DNA of 64,000 nucleotides from Candidatus Omnitrophota bacterium (GCA_029261055.1 JAJDCA010000018.1:18197-82196); one strand, 5' to 3'. Shown: positions 42,569 through 52,236, numbered from the stretch's first letter. Numbers and translations are program-made. The notes: generated by a model not told the origin, from the letters alone.

Positions 42569-43102
42569 TTACTTCTCAACTTCTCGTCTCTGTTTCGTTT
42601 CCTCTACAAGCTTCTTCGCCAATCCAAACCCCTTCTCCGCCTCTTCCGGTGGCGGGGCGTATTTGGCGAATTTGACCATGTCGCAGCAGGTTAAAAAATC
42701 TTTCAGAGATTCTTTCTGATTTGTATTAAGTTTTGGTGAATATTGCAATGAAAGCAAAAACTCTTCCGTCGTCATCTCTGGCGCGCGAATGGAAAAACGA
42801 TCCTCAATGTAATGGCGTACAATGTCGGACAAACGCTGGTAGTACTCCACCATTTTTCCCTGTGCCAAAAGATTTTCTTTTTGCAACTGGGCTAATAATT
42901 CAAAAGCCTTAATCCACGGAGGCTTGACGTCGACTTGCGGAACTGCAGCAGGTTTATTTTTGTATTTTTTCCACCAATAAAAAACCGCTCCCCCTACGGC
43001 TACCAACAAAAGGAAAATAAACAAATAACCCCAGCCAAATTCTAATGGCAAACCCACCGGGGCTTTTACATCTCTAAGTTCTTGGGCGTAAGCTGTTGTC
43101 AT
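42569..43102 (-). CDS. DUF4381-like small membrane protein of Bat/MoxR operons
   Basis: 177 aa with a single TM helix; lies between the DUF58 and vWA genes as in canonical MoxR-DUF58-DUF4381-vWA operons. Assignment is by context and architecture only. Confidence 0.4.
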   Translation of the reverse strand: MTTAYAQELRDVKAPVGLPLEFGWGYLFIFLLLVAVGGAVFYWWKKYKNKPAAVPQVDVKPPWIKAFELLAQLQKENLLAQGKMVEYYQRLSDIVRHYIEDRFSIRAPEMTTEEFLLSLQYSPKLNTNQKESLKDFLTCCDMVKFAKYAPPPEEAEKGFGLAKKLVEETKQRREVEK

Positions 43103-43109
43103 AAATAGT

Positions 43110-43169
43110 CGCTCGTCGCGCGTGTCGCGTGACTCGTTTTTTACGAGCCACGCGTCACGAGCGACGAGC
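43110..43169. repeat. Imperfect GC-rich hairpin (gtcgcgtgactcg...acgagccacgcg family) in the DUF58-DUF4381 spacer
   Basis: gctcgtcgcgcgtgtcgcgtgactcgt ttttttt acgagccacgcgtcacgagcgacgagc; a related motif (tgtgtcgcgtcacgcgcgacgagcc) sits at 6444..6468 in the fabG-acpP spacer. Confidence 0.5.
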
Positions 43170-43173
43170 CCCT

Positions 43174-44067
43174 TTATCCTTTCCTTTTCCGTCTCTTTAA
43201 AAAGAATTTCACCATCGCATCTACGTACGGCACGTCGGTTGACATGTCCATAAAATCCATGCCGATGGAATTAAATAATTTTTCCCGTTGTGCCAACCGC
43301 CTTTGATTGCTCACCCGGTATTGATTACGCACCCCCGCATCGGATGTATCAATATGAAATAAACTTCCACTTTCCGCATCATGTAATGCCAGAACGCCAC
43401 AATTCGGCAATTCTTTTTCCCGAGGATCATTCAGCGTAACTGCAATCATGTCGTGCCGTTTGTTGGCCGTCGTCAGTCGCTTTTTCAAAACAGGCCATGT
43501 ATTGACGCCGACAAAAAAATCTGAAATCAAAAATGAAATAGTTTTACGTGTGGTCACACGATTGAGATATTCCAAGGCATGCACAATATCGGTACCTTGA
43601 CCTTCTGGCTCAAAATACAATACCTCACGGATGACACGCAAAACATGTTTTAAGCCTTTCCGTGGAGCAATAAATTTCTCAATTTTGTCCGTAAAAATAA
43701 TCAGTCCAACCTTGTCATTATTACGAATCGCTGACGTAGCTAAAACGGCCGACACTTCCGCCGCCAACTGACTCTTCAACGCATGCGTTGAAGCAAACCG
43801 GCTGGACTGCGAAACATCCACCAAAATCATCACAGTCAGTTCCCGCTCCTCAACAAACTTCTTCACAAACGGCCGCCCATGCCGGGCTGTTACGTTCCAA
43901 TCAATCGTACGAATATCATCCCCAGGCTGGTATTCCCGCACCTCATCAAACTCAATTCCCTGCCCCTTAAACACACTGTGATACTGCCCGGCAAACACAT
44001 CCGAAACCATGCGCCCCGTCGTAATCTCAATCTGTTTAACCTTTTGTAATATTTCTTTTGGAATCAT
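43174..44067 (-). CDS. DUF58 domain protein (MoxR-associated)
   Basis: EFDEVREYQPGDDIRTIDWNVTAR motif typical of DUF58. Confidence 0.7.
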   Translation of the reverse strand: MIPKEILQKVKQIEITTGRMVSDVFAGQYHSVFKGQGIEFDEVREYQPGDDIRTIDWNVTARHGRPFVKKFVEERELTVMILVDVSQSSRFASTHALKSQLAAEVSAVLATSAIRNNDKVGLIIFTDKIEKFIAPRKGLKHVLRVIREVLYFEPEGQGTDIVHALEYLNRVTTRKTISFLISDFFVGVNTWPVLKKRLTTANKRHDMIAVTLNDPREKELPNCGVLALHDAESGSLFHIDTSDAGVRNQYRVSNQRRLAQREKLFNSIGMDFMDMSTDVPYVDAMVKFFLKRRKRKG

Positions 44068-45146
44068 TTGTCTAAGAATTCTTTTTCAATTTCTTCAACC
44101 GCAGGTAAAGAGGATTTTAAATTATCTGGTAAAGCACGTGTCAATTCATATTCAGACACTCCTATCGGTTTAGTAAACCCCCTTAATGAATACTCAGCAA
44201 CAATTTTGTTTTTATCCTGACAAAGAATAAGGCCAATAGTCTGGTTGTCTGCCTTCTGCTTTAATTTATCATCAACCACATTACAATAAAAATTCATCTT
44301 ACCGGCATAATCAGGTTTAAATGTCCCCTTTTTTAAATCAATGACAATAAAACATCTTAATGTAAGATGATAAAATAAAAGATCAATGTAAAAATCACTA
44401 TCTCCAATGTCCAAGTGGTACTGCCTGCCGACAAATGAAAATCCTTGCCCAAGTTCAAGTAAAAATTTTTCCAAATGTCGTACAAGACCTGTTTCAAGCT
44501 CCCTTTCATGAAAAGGTTCTTCAAGGGTCAAAAAATCAAATATGTAAGGATCTTTAAGAGTTTGTTTAGCAAGATCAGATTGAAATGCTGGTAAACGTTG
44601 CTCAAAATTTGTAATGGCTTGTCCTCCACGCTCATAGGTTTGATTATCAATCATCAATTGAAGGACATTCCGGCTCCATCCTTCTTTTATGGTCATATTC
44701 ATGTACCATAATCTAGCTGAAAAATTCTTAATCTTAGAAATTAATAATACATTATGCCCCCAAGGCAATTTTGCAACAGCCTGTTGCACTTTTGCAGAAA
44801 TGCTACTCGGATCTAATATTTTTTGTGTTTTCTTAATTTTTGCAACAGGCTGTTGCAAAATTGATAAATCTGGATATTCACGGGCAAATCGTATCATGTA
44901 CCCGATGTTCCTTTCTGAAAATCCCTTAATTTCGGGTAATTCATTTCGAAGATCTTTTGATAAATTTGGAATAATACCCGTGCCCCACCCTTCCATTTTT
45001 TGCCGCTTTTCAATCATCTGCCCAATATCCCAATAAAGATAGATTAATTCCGCATTAACAGACAAGGCCGCTTTGGTCTGCGCTGTTTGAATCCTACTTT
45101 TAATTTGCACTAAAAAACTTTGATATTCTTTTTTTGAAATTTTCAT
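44064..45146 (-). CDS. DUF1016/YhcG-family PD-(D/E)XK nuclease-like protein, embedded inside the MoxR operon
   Basis: N-terminus ...AELIYLYWDIGQMI...GWGTGIIPNLSKDL...GFSERNIGYMIRFAREYP (DUF1016_N pattern); C-terminus D..(E/D)LK-like region DLKKGTFKPDYAGKMNFY. Overlaps the DUF58 start by 4 bp and lies 20 bp from the MoxR stop. Confidence 0.55.
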   Translation of the reverse strand: MKISKKEYQSFLVQIKSRIQTAQTKAALSVNAELIYLYWDIGQMIEKRQKMEGWGTGIIPNLSKDLRNELPEIKGFSERNIGYMIRFAREYPDLSILQQPVAKIKKTQKILDPSSISAKVQQAVAKLPWGHNVLLISKIKNFSARLWYMNMTIKEGWSRNVLQLMIDNQTYERGGQAITNFEQRLPAFQSDLAKQTLKDPYIFDFLTLEEPFHERELETGLVRHLEKFLLELGQGFSFVGRQYHLDIGDSDFYIDLLFYHLTLRCFIVIDLKKGTFKPDYAGKMNFYCNVVDDKLKQKADNQTIGLILCQDKNKIVAEYSLRGFTKPIGVSEYELTRALPDNLKSSLPAVEEIEKEFLDK

Positions 45147-45165
45147 TTACAACAACCTCTTGTTA

Positions 45166-46161
45166 TTACGGCACTTCCACTTCATCTAATATTTTCTTAA
45201 TAATATCTTCCGGCGTCTTTTCCTCAGCTTCGGCTTCGTAGGTGATGATGACACGATGCCGAAGAACATCCATGCCGATGGATTTAACGTCCTGCGGGGT
45301 GACGTAACCTCGCCCCTGCACGAATGCGTAGGCCTTGGCGGCAATCGCTAAATTAATCGTCCCTCGCGGGGAAGCGCCGTATTGGATGAGGTCTTTAATG
45401 TCTTCAAGATTGTATTTCTCCGGATGTCGCGTGGCCTCAACAATGTCGACGATGTATTTTTGCACTTTTTCATCCACATAAATTTCATCGACCACTTCAC
45501 GTGCCCGCAAAATATCTTCCGGCTTAATAATTTTCTGCACATCTGTTTTGGCCTTCGTAAAAGACATGCGCTTGAGAATCTCGAGTTCTTCCTCTTTGGT
45601 CGGATATTCAATTTTGAGTTTAAACATAAATCGATCGACCTGCGCTTCAGGTAAAGGGTATGTCCCTTCCTGTTCAATCGGATTTTGCGTCGCTAAAACC
45701 ATAAACGGTTCATCCAATTTCATCGTCTCCTCCCCAATCGTCACTTGCCGCTCCTGCATGGATTCCAACAAAGCACTTTGCACTTTAGCCGGCGCGCGGT
45801 TAATCTCATCCGCCAAAATAATATTCGCAAAAATAGGCCCTTTTTTTACAGTAAACTCACTCTTCCTCTGATCATAAATCAGCGTCCCTACAATGTCCGC
45901 CGGCAGCATGTCCGGCGTAAACTGCAGGCGTTGAAACTTCGTTTGAATCGTCGACGAAAGCGTCTTGATTGACATCGTTTTAGCCAATCCCGGAACCCCT
46001 TCAAGCAAAATGTGCCCGTCTGCCAGAATACCAACAATCAATCGTTCCAACAAATACCTCTGCCCCACAATCACCTTCTGCGTCTCCAGCAAAAGTCCCT
46101 CAATAAATCCACTCGCCTTCTTCACCTTTTCATTAATCACCGTAATGTCACTGTGTGTCAT
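45166..46161 (-). CDS. MoxR-family AAA+ ATPase
   Basis: ILLEGVPGLAKT Walker A; QNPIEQEGTYPLPEAQVDRF; 331 aa. Confidence 0.85.
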   Translation of the reverse strand: MTHSDITVINEKVKKASGFIEGLLLETQKVIVGQRYLLERLIVGILADGHILLEGVPGLAKTMSIKTLSSTIQTKFQRLQFTPDMLPADIVGTLIYDQRKSEFTVKKGPIFANIILADEINRAPAKVQSALLESMQERQVTIGEETMKLDEPFMVLATQNPIEQEGTYPLPEAQVDRFMFKLKIEYPTKEEELEILKRMSFTKAKTDVQKIIKPEDILRAREVVDEIYVDEKVQKYIVDIVEATRHPEKYNLEDIKDLIQYGASPRGTINLAIAAKAYAFVQGRGYVTPQDVKSIGMDVLRHRVIITYEAEAEEKTPEDIIKKILDEVEVP

Positions 46162-46183
46162 AATTACTCCTCCTTTAAAATAA

Positions 46184-46212
46184 CTGTACGGGCGGTTCGC
46201 GAACCGCCCCTA
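46184..46212. repeat. REP-like GC-core hairpin between the moxR start and the upstream gene stop
   Basis: gtacgggcggttcgcgaaccgcccctac; a sister of the copy at 52722. Confidence 0.7.
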
Positions 46213-46224
46213 CTCCAATTTTTT

Positions 46225-47229
46225 TCATATCTTAAACCCCTGATCCACCAACTCCTGATTCAAAAACCGTCCCTCGGCGGCAACTTTGTGTGCGTCTGTC
46301 TCGCCGGGCAAATAGAAAATGTCAGCTAGCGGGCGATCATATTTGTCGTAGCCGTAGGTTTTGATTACCAAAAATTTAACATTTTTTAGCTGATTTTCTA
46401 CAAATTTTTTTGCTTTTTGCCCCTCTACTGTCTTTAATTCTGGAGCGTAAACATCACGAAGCCTGAGCCGCTGGGTGGACATGTTGTGAAATCCTAAATC
46501 AATATTCACACGAATGGTGTCTCCGTCGGTAATCTTGTCAATAAAGGCTTTGTAGGTGAATGTTTTATTCTTTGCCGTGGTGGTTCGTTTAAAGCGGTAG
46601 CCATCTTCTCCTGTCTTCGTACACACGAGAATATCCTTGGCTTTGGGCTGCGTGATGCCTGTGAGTGACTTGTATGCATAAAACTTAAACCCACAGTCTA
46701 CCTGCAAAACGCCATTAACGATTTTAAGGAAATAATGGTACAACTGCCCGCGAACAAGCTTCAAGGGTTCTGAAGAAATATTTATTTGGGAATGAAAAGA
46801 TCTGGAAGACGCATATTTTTCCGCACGAACAATTTGTCTAAGCTGACGGGTGTTAAGATTTTCTTTGACAATGCGTTCTTCCAACTTCCGGCGCATTTTT
46901 AAATCTTCGACCCTAAGCAAAGTACGGTAGTGATCCCAATTAAAGAGTCGACGCGCGCCGACTTTTGGATACTGCCGGTAAAATTTGAGCGCATTAAACA
47001 GTGTTGCACGGTCAACCTGCGTATCTTGACTCAAGCGATTGACCACAGCCTCCCCGTACCCAGCCCGCACTTTATTCTGCAAAAGATCCCTGGCAATATG
47101 CTGCCCAACCTTCCAATACATTGCCGCCGTCGCCTGCTCTACAGCCTTGCGTCCAACGGCGATCTCATCTTTTACAGACTTCAGAAGCTTATTGTAAGTC
47201 GACAATGCTTTTGACATTTTAAAAAGCAC
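46225..47229 (-). CDS. Fusion protein: DUF1016_N-like domain + staphylococcal-nuclease (SNase/thermonuclease) domain
   Basis: N-terminus ...AAMYWKVGQHIARDL...GYGEAVVNRLSQD...FYRQYPK parallels the DUF1016 N-domain of the 44064..45146 gene; C-terminus DGDTIRVN...LRLRDVYAPE...YDRPLADIF matches SNase catalytic motifs. Confidence 0.5.
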   Translation of the reverse strand: MLFKMSKALSTYNKLLKSVKDEIAVGRKAVEQATAAMYWKVGQHIARDLLQNKVRAGYGEAVVNRLSQDTQVDRATLFNALKFYRQYPKVGARRLFNWDHYRTLLRVEDLKMRRKLEERIVKENLNTRQLRQIVRAEKYASSRSFHSQINISSEPLKLVRGQLYHYFLKIVNGVLQVDCGFKFYAYKSLTGITQPKAKDILVCTKTGEDGYRFKRTTTAKNKTFTYKAFIDKITDGDTIRVNIDLGFHNMSTQRLRLRDVYAPELKTVEGQKAKKFVENQLKNVKFLVIKTYGYDKYDRPLADIFYLPGETDAHKVAAEGRFLNQELVDQGFKI

Positions 47230-47235
47230 CCCAGA

Positions 47236-47263
47236 AAAAAGTACGTACGCGCGTACGTACTTT
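47236..47263. repeat. 28-bp perfect palindrome between the SNase-fusion gene and the MNT gene
   Basis: aaaagtacgtacgcgcgtacgtactttt. Confidence 0.7.
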
Positions 47264-47586
47264 TAAAACACATTTTTATTCTTTTCTTTCACGTAAAATA
47301 TTTTCCCACATTGATCAATATGAGTTTTAAAGGCAGGATTCGTGGTGGTCGCATAATCAACTACGTCAAAAAAATACGGCAAATTTGTTTCTTCCTCTAA
47401 AATGGCTTTAACTTTAGCTGTAACATCAAGATTAATGTCCCCTTTGAGAGCTAGGTCAACGTCCGACCCTTTTTTGTGTGTATTCACAGCCCGAGAACCA
47501 AAAATGAGCACACTTTCTATTTCGTCAAATTGACGAAAAATATTTTTGACCTGAATAATTTCCTGCTCTGTTAAACCAAAATTCAT
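47263..47586 (-). CDS. Nucleotidyltransferase (MntA-like antitoxin, Pol-beta superfamily)
   Basis: IFGSRAVNTHKKGSDVDLAL = GS...D.D nucleotidyltransferase motif; 107 aa. Confidence 0.7.
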   Translation of the reverse strand: MNFGLTEQEIIQVKNIFRQFDEIESVLIFGSRAVNTHKKGSDVDLALKGDINLDVTAKVKAILEEETNLPYFFDVVDYATTTNPAFKTHIDQCGKIFYVKEKNKNVF

Positions 47587-47595
47587 TTTATTGAT

Positions 47596-47997
47596 TCATT
47601 CCGACTTTAAGGATTTAAAAAAACCATGCGTTTCCTGAATCACTTTAAAATATTTTTCCTTAATAAGATCCACGGCCTCCTGCACTCTGGCCTCATCGTA
47701 GGTATGCGTCATCAAATTACGCTTTTCAAGCATCTCAAGCCATGCCGTACCATCTGGAATGTATTGCGCCTGGTACGCTTGCTTAATAGTATCACGCGGA
47801 CTTGTAGCCGTGATACCGTTAAACTCCAAATAATCTTTCAACGTTTTCCAGGCAAGTTCAAAGGTAAATTCAAATGTTTGAATAAGGCCTGCCCGAATAA
47901 GTTTATCATTACCGGCTTCCCGTTCAACAGCCTCACACAATTGCCGAAAAGCCTTGTCAAAATTTACAAATCGTTGTTGCCATCGAAGTTCTGTCAT
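47596..47997 (-). CDS. HEPN-domain protein (HepT / HI0074-family nucleotidyltransferase substrate-binding toxin)
   Basis: 133 aa; R..MTHTYDE HEPN-like motif; located immediately upstream of the MNT gene. Confidence 0.65.
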   Translation of the reverse strand: MTELRWQQRFVNFDKAFRQLCEAVEREAGNDKLIRAGLIQTFEFTFELAWKTLKDYLEFNGITATSPRDTIKQAYQAQYIPDGTAWLEMLEKRNLMTHTYDEARVQEAVDLIKEKYFKVIQETHGFFKSLKSE

Positions 47998-48019
47998 AAA
48001 ATACCTACCTCACTTTTTC

Positions 48020-51000
48020 TCACTCAAAAAACACATCCACCCGCGCGATTTTTTTGCTGCGGACATCTTCGGCATAAGGAGCCGGGATTGATGGTGATGA
48101 AAATACAACTGGCTTTTTGCGGTCTGCATAGTGCAGCTGAATTTCTCTCACTTCCGCTTTATTAGGACCAAATGTGTCTTTGCGATTAGGATTGTGGTAA
48201 ACAACAAGAATGTGACCTAAAAATTTGAAGGCGTACGTATTTTCCGGCAAATCGCCGACAGCCTTGTTTGTAAATAACCATGCCGCTAAAGCCGGTTGAA
48301 AATTCAGAACAAGTTTTTTCTCGGGACTCAACGTAAACGGATTTTTTCCAACATTCATCATCAACCACATGTGCACAAATTCGGCGGTACTTCCGGAAAG
48401 ACGCGCCACAAACCCACGCCCATGCAAAGCCGCATCATCATTGGCACTACTGACAATAAAGGAAGAATTTTCTAACACACTACGCCCGTACGTCTCCGGA
48501 TTCAAAAAGGGAACAAACACATGACGAAAATTTTCATAAAATTCTTCATACAATTCAGAACGCAAAATCTCTAACATAAATTTGTATTCCATGTGCATCC
48601 AAATTGATTCGTTTTCTAACCAACCCCGAGGGAAAATACGCATGCGTCCGATTTCATCGGTTTCGCTGTTCAAATCAGCATTCAATTTGTACATCTTTAA
48701 CTTCTTGTCAAAAAGGTGACTATCCCTCACTTGCCGGTACAACTCTTTAGCCTTGTCATGATTCGTTTCTACTCTTAAGGCATGGACATACCCCTCCAAA
48801 AACAACGGCAGCGCATGTTTTTTAAACTGCGTCGGACGAACATAAACACCTGCGTCCTGATTAGTTTTGTCCAGACTTTGATACTCTGTAATGTCATGAT
48901 AAAAATACGTGGCCATCAAACCGTTGTCGGCCTTGGCCTGATCAACAGCCTTATTAACTCTGTCGATGACTAAACTGAGAAAGTTTTTAATCTCGGTAAC
49001 CTTCATAGCTTTTTCTGCCCCATCAATACCCTGACGGACACATTGGCGGTAACGCTCTTTGACATCATTAGCTTTATTCCAATACGCCTGCGGATCAGCT
49101 TCCAAAGATAAAATATGATTCAACCCGGAAACAAAGGTGGCCAGCTCTTCAAAAACCAAAATTTCCTCATTGTCTTCACAAGAAAGCTGCTTCAATGATT
49201 CGAGCAAAAACACACTAAAACGCTTCACTTCTAATGTTTCAGAAATGGCGGATCCCATGAGCCCCGGCAATCCGTTAAGCGAATCGCACCAGTTTGGCTT
49301 GTCAGCTTCCATCTCAACCCCGACGCCACTTGGATCTAAAGAAGAAATTTTATTTGCAATGAGACAAAGAAGCTTACATGCAAGATGCGTGTAATACACA
49401 GCCCCTTCCCCATTTCTTGTTTTCAACATGTGCCCATTATTTTCATCTGATTTTTCCTTAGACGCACATGCTACCGACTTGTATTGACGCACCCCGTGAT
49501 CTGTTAGCATGTAACGCTGATCACGCGGCAAAACATAATGGTCATTGTGGTAAAAATAAAACGGCTTTTTCTCAAGAAGCAATGACTTTAAATTTTCCGG
49601 ATAAAGCGTGAAATAACTGATGACCATGTCCATGTTGTATTTCCAATGGTCCGACCAAAAACCTTCACCATGATCTGCCAATTCCTGCTTACGGCACACT
49701 TCAAGGATGCGGCTCAGAAATTCCTTTACGCTTCCCTGCACAGAAAAATCATTTTCTGAAATAAAAAGAAGCAAATCTCCCGGAAGAAAAGTTTTTGTTA
49801 AAAATTCTTTCAATTTTGGCTGATCCTCTTCACCAAAATATGTCTGCAAAATACTTTTGCACTTTTCCTGATCCTCCACGGAAAAAGCCGTCCCCTTAAC
49901 CACAAGAGGATTGTACCCATCCGCCTGCACCAAATTCAAAAAACTAATCATATGATTGTCACCTACATCACCGTTAAACCAGACATCGTTGCGCCGATTC
50001 TGATTCACGTCACGGTAATTCCCATTACCCTGTGAATAATACGTCGCGGCAACAAAGAAATAATTGTAATCCCGTTCCAGATCTCCATGTTTTCGACTGT
50101 ACACGTTAAACGCCACATGCCCGTCATTGGTCTTCAACGAAACAGGAAGTCCTCCTCGCAAAATATTATCGAGGAACGTGTGCCCGCAATATTTGTCAAA
50201 CTCAGGCGAAGAACTGTGCGTTAACGCAAAACTTTTGATATCGTCAATGATCTCTTTATTTCTTTGCGCCTTATTCGCCAAAAAATCACCCGCCACAATA
50301 TTGTCCACAACCGCGTTTAACTGCTCAACACTCCGGGCAAACCCCAACACAGAAAAAATATCTTTCTTCGCCTTAGGGGCTACGGTAAAACGTCCGTAAC
50401 TCATGGCTGCCGGCGTACGATTGTCGGTCAATTGTTTGTCTGGTAAAGAAAAATCATCTTTCAGAAAATTAAGCGGAGCAATAAAATCATGGGCTTCGCC
50501 AAATACACGGGAAGCCTCGACAATAGGCTGCAATAATTTATCCCCCGACGCGTCCGGATCAAAACTAAAAAAGAAATTCCCTTCGGCGATCGGTGTTACC
50601 CGAGGCTTGTCAGACACTTCAACGTTCAGCTGAAAATACGGCGCCTTATTCTCAATATTACGCACCTTCACCCAGGCTTCAACCGTACGGGCAATAAATT
50701 TATTAAGCTCATCCGTAAGTCCAAACGGTACAATTAAAGGCAAACCATCGACCAATTCAATATCACGCTGTACAGTCCCTGTATTTTCTACCGTCAAGTG
50801 GCGAACCAGCCCGGCATACGGTTCATCCGGCAGGGTAAAATAATTAACCTTCACGGTTAAGCCTAAATCATGATTCACTTCTGTCAGCGTCAAATCATGC
50901 GCGGTCATGGACATGGTTTGTTTTGTGTCAAAATTTGTCCCGGTTAAATGCCGTTGAAATGGTTCCCAGTAAACAGGGTCACCCTTGCCGGAAGACACCT

Positions 51001-51277
51001 TAATAAAAGTACGAAATCCCTGCAACGCTGTGATCCGGTAAGACTTATTGGCCGGCTGAAATTCCATAATTGCATTATTCTTCGCTTCAATCCCGCAACT
51101 GGCAATACATTGCCCACGATTGACATAAAACGCCCACATCGGAATTCCCCACAATCCGGCAATGCCTGGAAAAAAGTTACTAAACGGTTTGCTCTCATTG
51201 TAATTTTCAATAACAAAACATCCCTTGTCGTCTAATTGATACTGTGCTTCTTGGGATGGTGATTTTTTCTTATTCAT
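48020..51277 (-). CDS. Large (1085 aa) uncharacterized protein, possibly a glycoside hydrolase/phosphorylase-like enzyme
   Basis: Long intact ORF with no signal peptide and no motifs I can place confidently; neighbours are GH15 and CE4 genes. Confidence 0.25.
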   Translation of the reverse strand: MNKKKSPSQEAQYQLDDKGCFVIENYNESKPFSNFFPGIAGLWGIPMWAFYVNRGQCIASCGIEAKNNAIMEFQPANKSYRITALQGFRTFIKVSSGKGDPVYWEPFQRHLTGTNFDTKQTMSMTAHDLTLTEVNHDLGLTVKVNYFTLPDEPYAGLVRHLTVENTGTVQRDIELVDGLPLIVPFGLTDELNKFIARTVEAWVKVRNIENKAPYFQLNVEVSDKPRVTPIAEGNFFFSFDPDASGDKLLQPIVEASRVFGEAHDFIAPLNFLKDDFSLPDKQLTDNRTPAAMSYGRFTVAPKAKKDIFSVLGFARSVEQLNAVVDNIVAGDFLANKAQRNKEIIDDIKSFALTHSSSPEFDKYCGHTFLDNILRGGLPVSLKTNDGHVAFNVYSRKHGDLERDYNYFFVAATYYSQGNGNYRDVNQNRRNDVWFNGDVGDNHMISFLNLVQADGYNPLVVKGTAFSVEDQEKCKSILQTYFGEEDQPKLKEFLTKTFLPGDLLLFISENDFSVQGSVKEFLSRILEVCRKQELADHGEGFWSDHWKYNMDMVISYFTLYPENLKSLLLEKKPFYFYHNDHYVLPRDQRYMLTDHGVRQYKSVACASKEKSDENNGHMLKTRNGEGAVYYTHLACKLLCLIANKISSLDPSGVGVEMEADKPNWCDSLNGLPGLMGSAISETLEVKRFSVFLLESLKQLSCEDNEEILVFEELATFVSGLNHILSLEADPQAYWNKANDVKERYRQCVRQGIDGAEKAMKVTEIKNFLSLVIDRVNKAVDQAKADNGLMATYFYHDITEYQSLDKTNQDAGVYVRPTQFKKHALPLFLEGYVHALRVETNHDKAKELYRQVRDSHLFDKKLKMYKLNADLNSETDEIGRMRIFPRGWLENESIWMHMEYKFMLEILRSELYEEFYENFRHVFVPFLNPETYGRSVLENSSFIVSSANDDAALHGRGFVARLSGSTAEFVHMWLMMNVGKNPFTLSPEKKLVLNFQPALAAWLFTNKAVGDLPENTYAFKFLGHILVVYHNPNRKDTFGPNKAEVREIQLHYADRKKPVVFSSPSIPAPYAEDVRSKKIARVDVFFE

Positions 51278-51323
51278 TTAATTCCCTTTCTAATTAACTA
51301 TTGTAGCCACTATTACTTTTTCT

Positions 51324-52106
51324 CTAATAAGGCTTTTTCGCTTTCCTAAACAAATTGTAATACCCAGAAAATTTAGCCCAAAGTTTGATCGGATGCTGAT
51401 CCCGATCACGCATACTTACACGATTTAACTCAAATACATCTTTATTAAAACGATCATACCCTCGATTCGTTGCACAAGCCCCTTTGTACCCGGCTTCTTT
51501 CAGCAGCCCCTTAACCTCCTCGCTGAATCCACCTATGGGGTAGGCAAAATAATCAATATCCGTCCCCAGCTCCCTTTCTAAAACACGCTTACTTTCAAAA
51601 ATTTCTTCCATTTGTAAAGCAACAGGTTTGTCCGGCAAATACATATGTTCATGCGTATGACTCCCGATGGACACATCATGCACCATCATATGTTTGATTT
51701 GAGCCCATGACATAAACCCTTCGGTATTCACCAGACCGGAAGGAACAAAAATAATCGCAGGAAATTGAAATTTGCGCAACACCCGAAAAGCCTGCATGTA
51801 ATTATCTTCATTTGCATCATCAAATGTAATCACAACGGTCTTTTTGGGTAACGTCTGCCCTGCCGTCGTGGCCGTGACCAACGCATCCAAACTAATCACA
51901 TTGTAATCATGCCGCTTCAAATACGCCATCTGCTTTTCAAAAACTTCCGGCGTCACCGTATTTGCTTCTGCCTGTTCAACGTGGTCAATATGGTGGTACA
52001 TCAAAATAGGAACAACATATTTATCCGAAAGCCAAACGTAAAAACCACCGCTGGCGAGAAGAATAATGACAAGAAATCCTAATAAAACTTTCTTAAAATT
52101 TACCAT
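51324..52106 (-). CDS. Polysaccharide deacetylase (CE4 family)
   Basis: ITFDDANEDNY and HTHEHMYL motifs; N-terminal TM helix. Start moved to ATG 52106 so that the tandem REP-like repeats are intergenic. Confidence 0.7.
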   Translation of the reverse strand: MVNFKKVLLGFLVIILLASGGFYVWLSDKYVVPILMYHHIDHVEQAEANTVTPEVFEKQMAYLKRHDYNVISLDALVTATTAGQTLPKKTVVITFDDANEDNYMQAFRVLRKFQFPAIIFVPSGLVNTEGFMSWAQIKHMMVHDVSIGSHTHEHMYLPDKPVALQMEEIFESKRVLERELGTDIDYFAYPIGGFSEEVKGLLKEAGYKGACATNRGYDRFNKDVFELNRVSMRDRDQHPIKLWAKFSGYYNLFRKAKKPY

Positions 52107-52130
52107 TTTGAATTGGGTTTGATAAATCAA

Positions 52131-52236
52131 ACCCCTACGCCCCATGTAAATTTGCCCTACGTACAGGCATGATTCATCATGCCCCTTATTGTAAACCTGC
52201 CCTACGTACGGGCATGATTCATCATGCCCCTTATTG
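52131..52236. repeat. Tandem (about 45-bp period) REP-like hairpin repeats between the CE4 deacetylase and YqeY genes
   Basis: gccctacgtacaggcatgattcatcatgccccttattg then gccctacgtacgggcatgattcatcatgccccttattg, preceded by a partial cccctacg. Confidence 0.75.
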
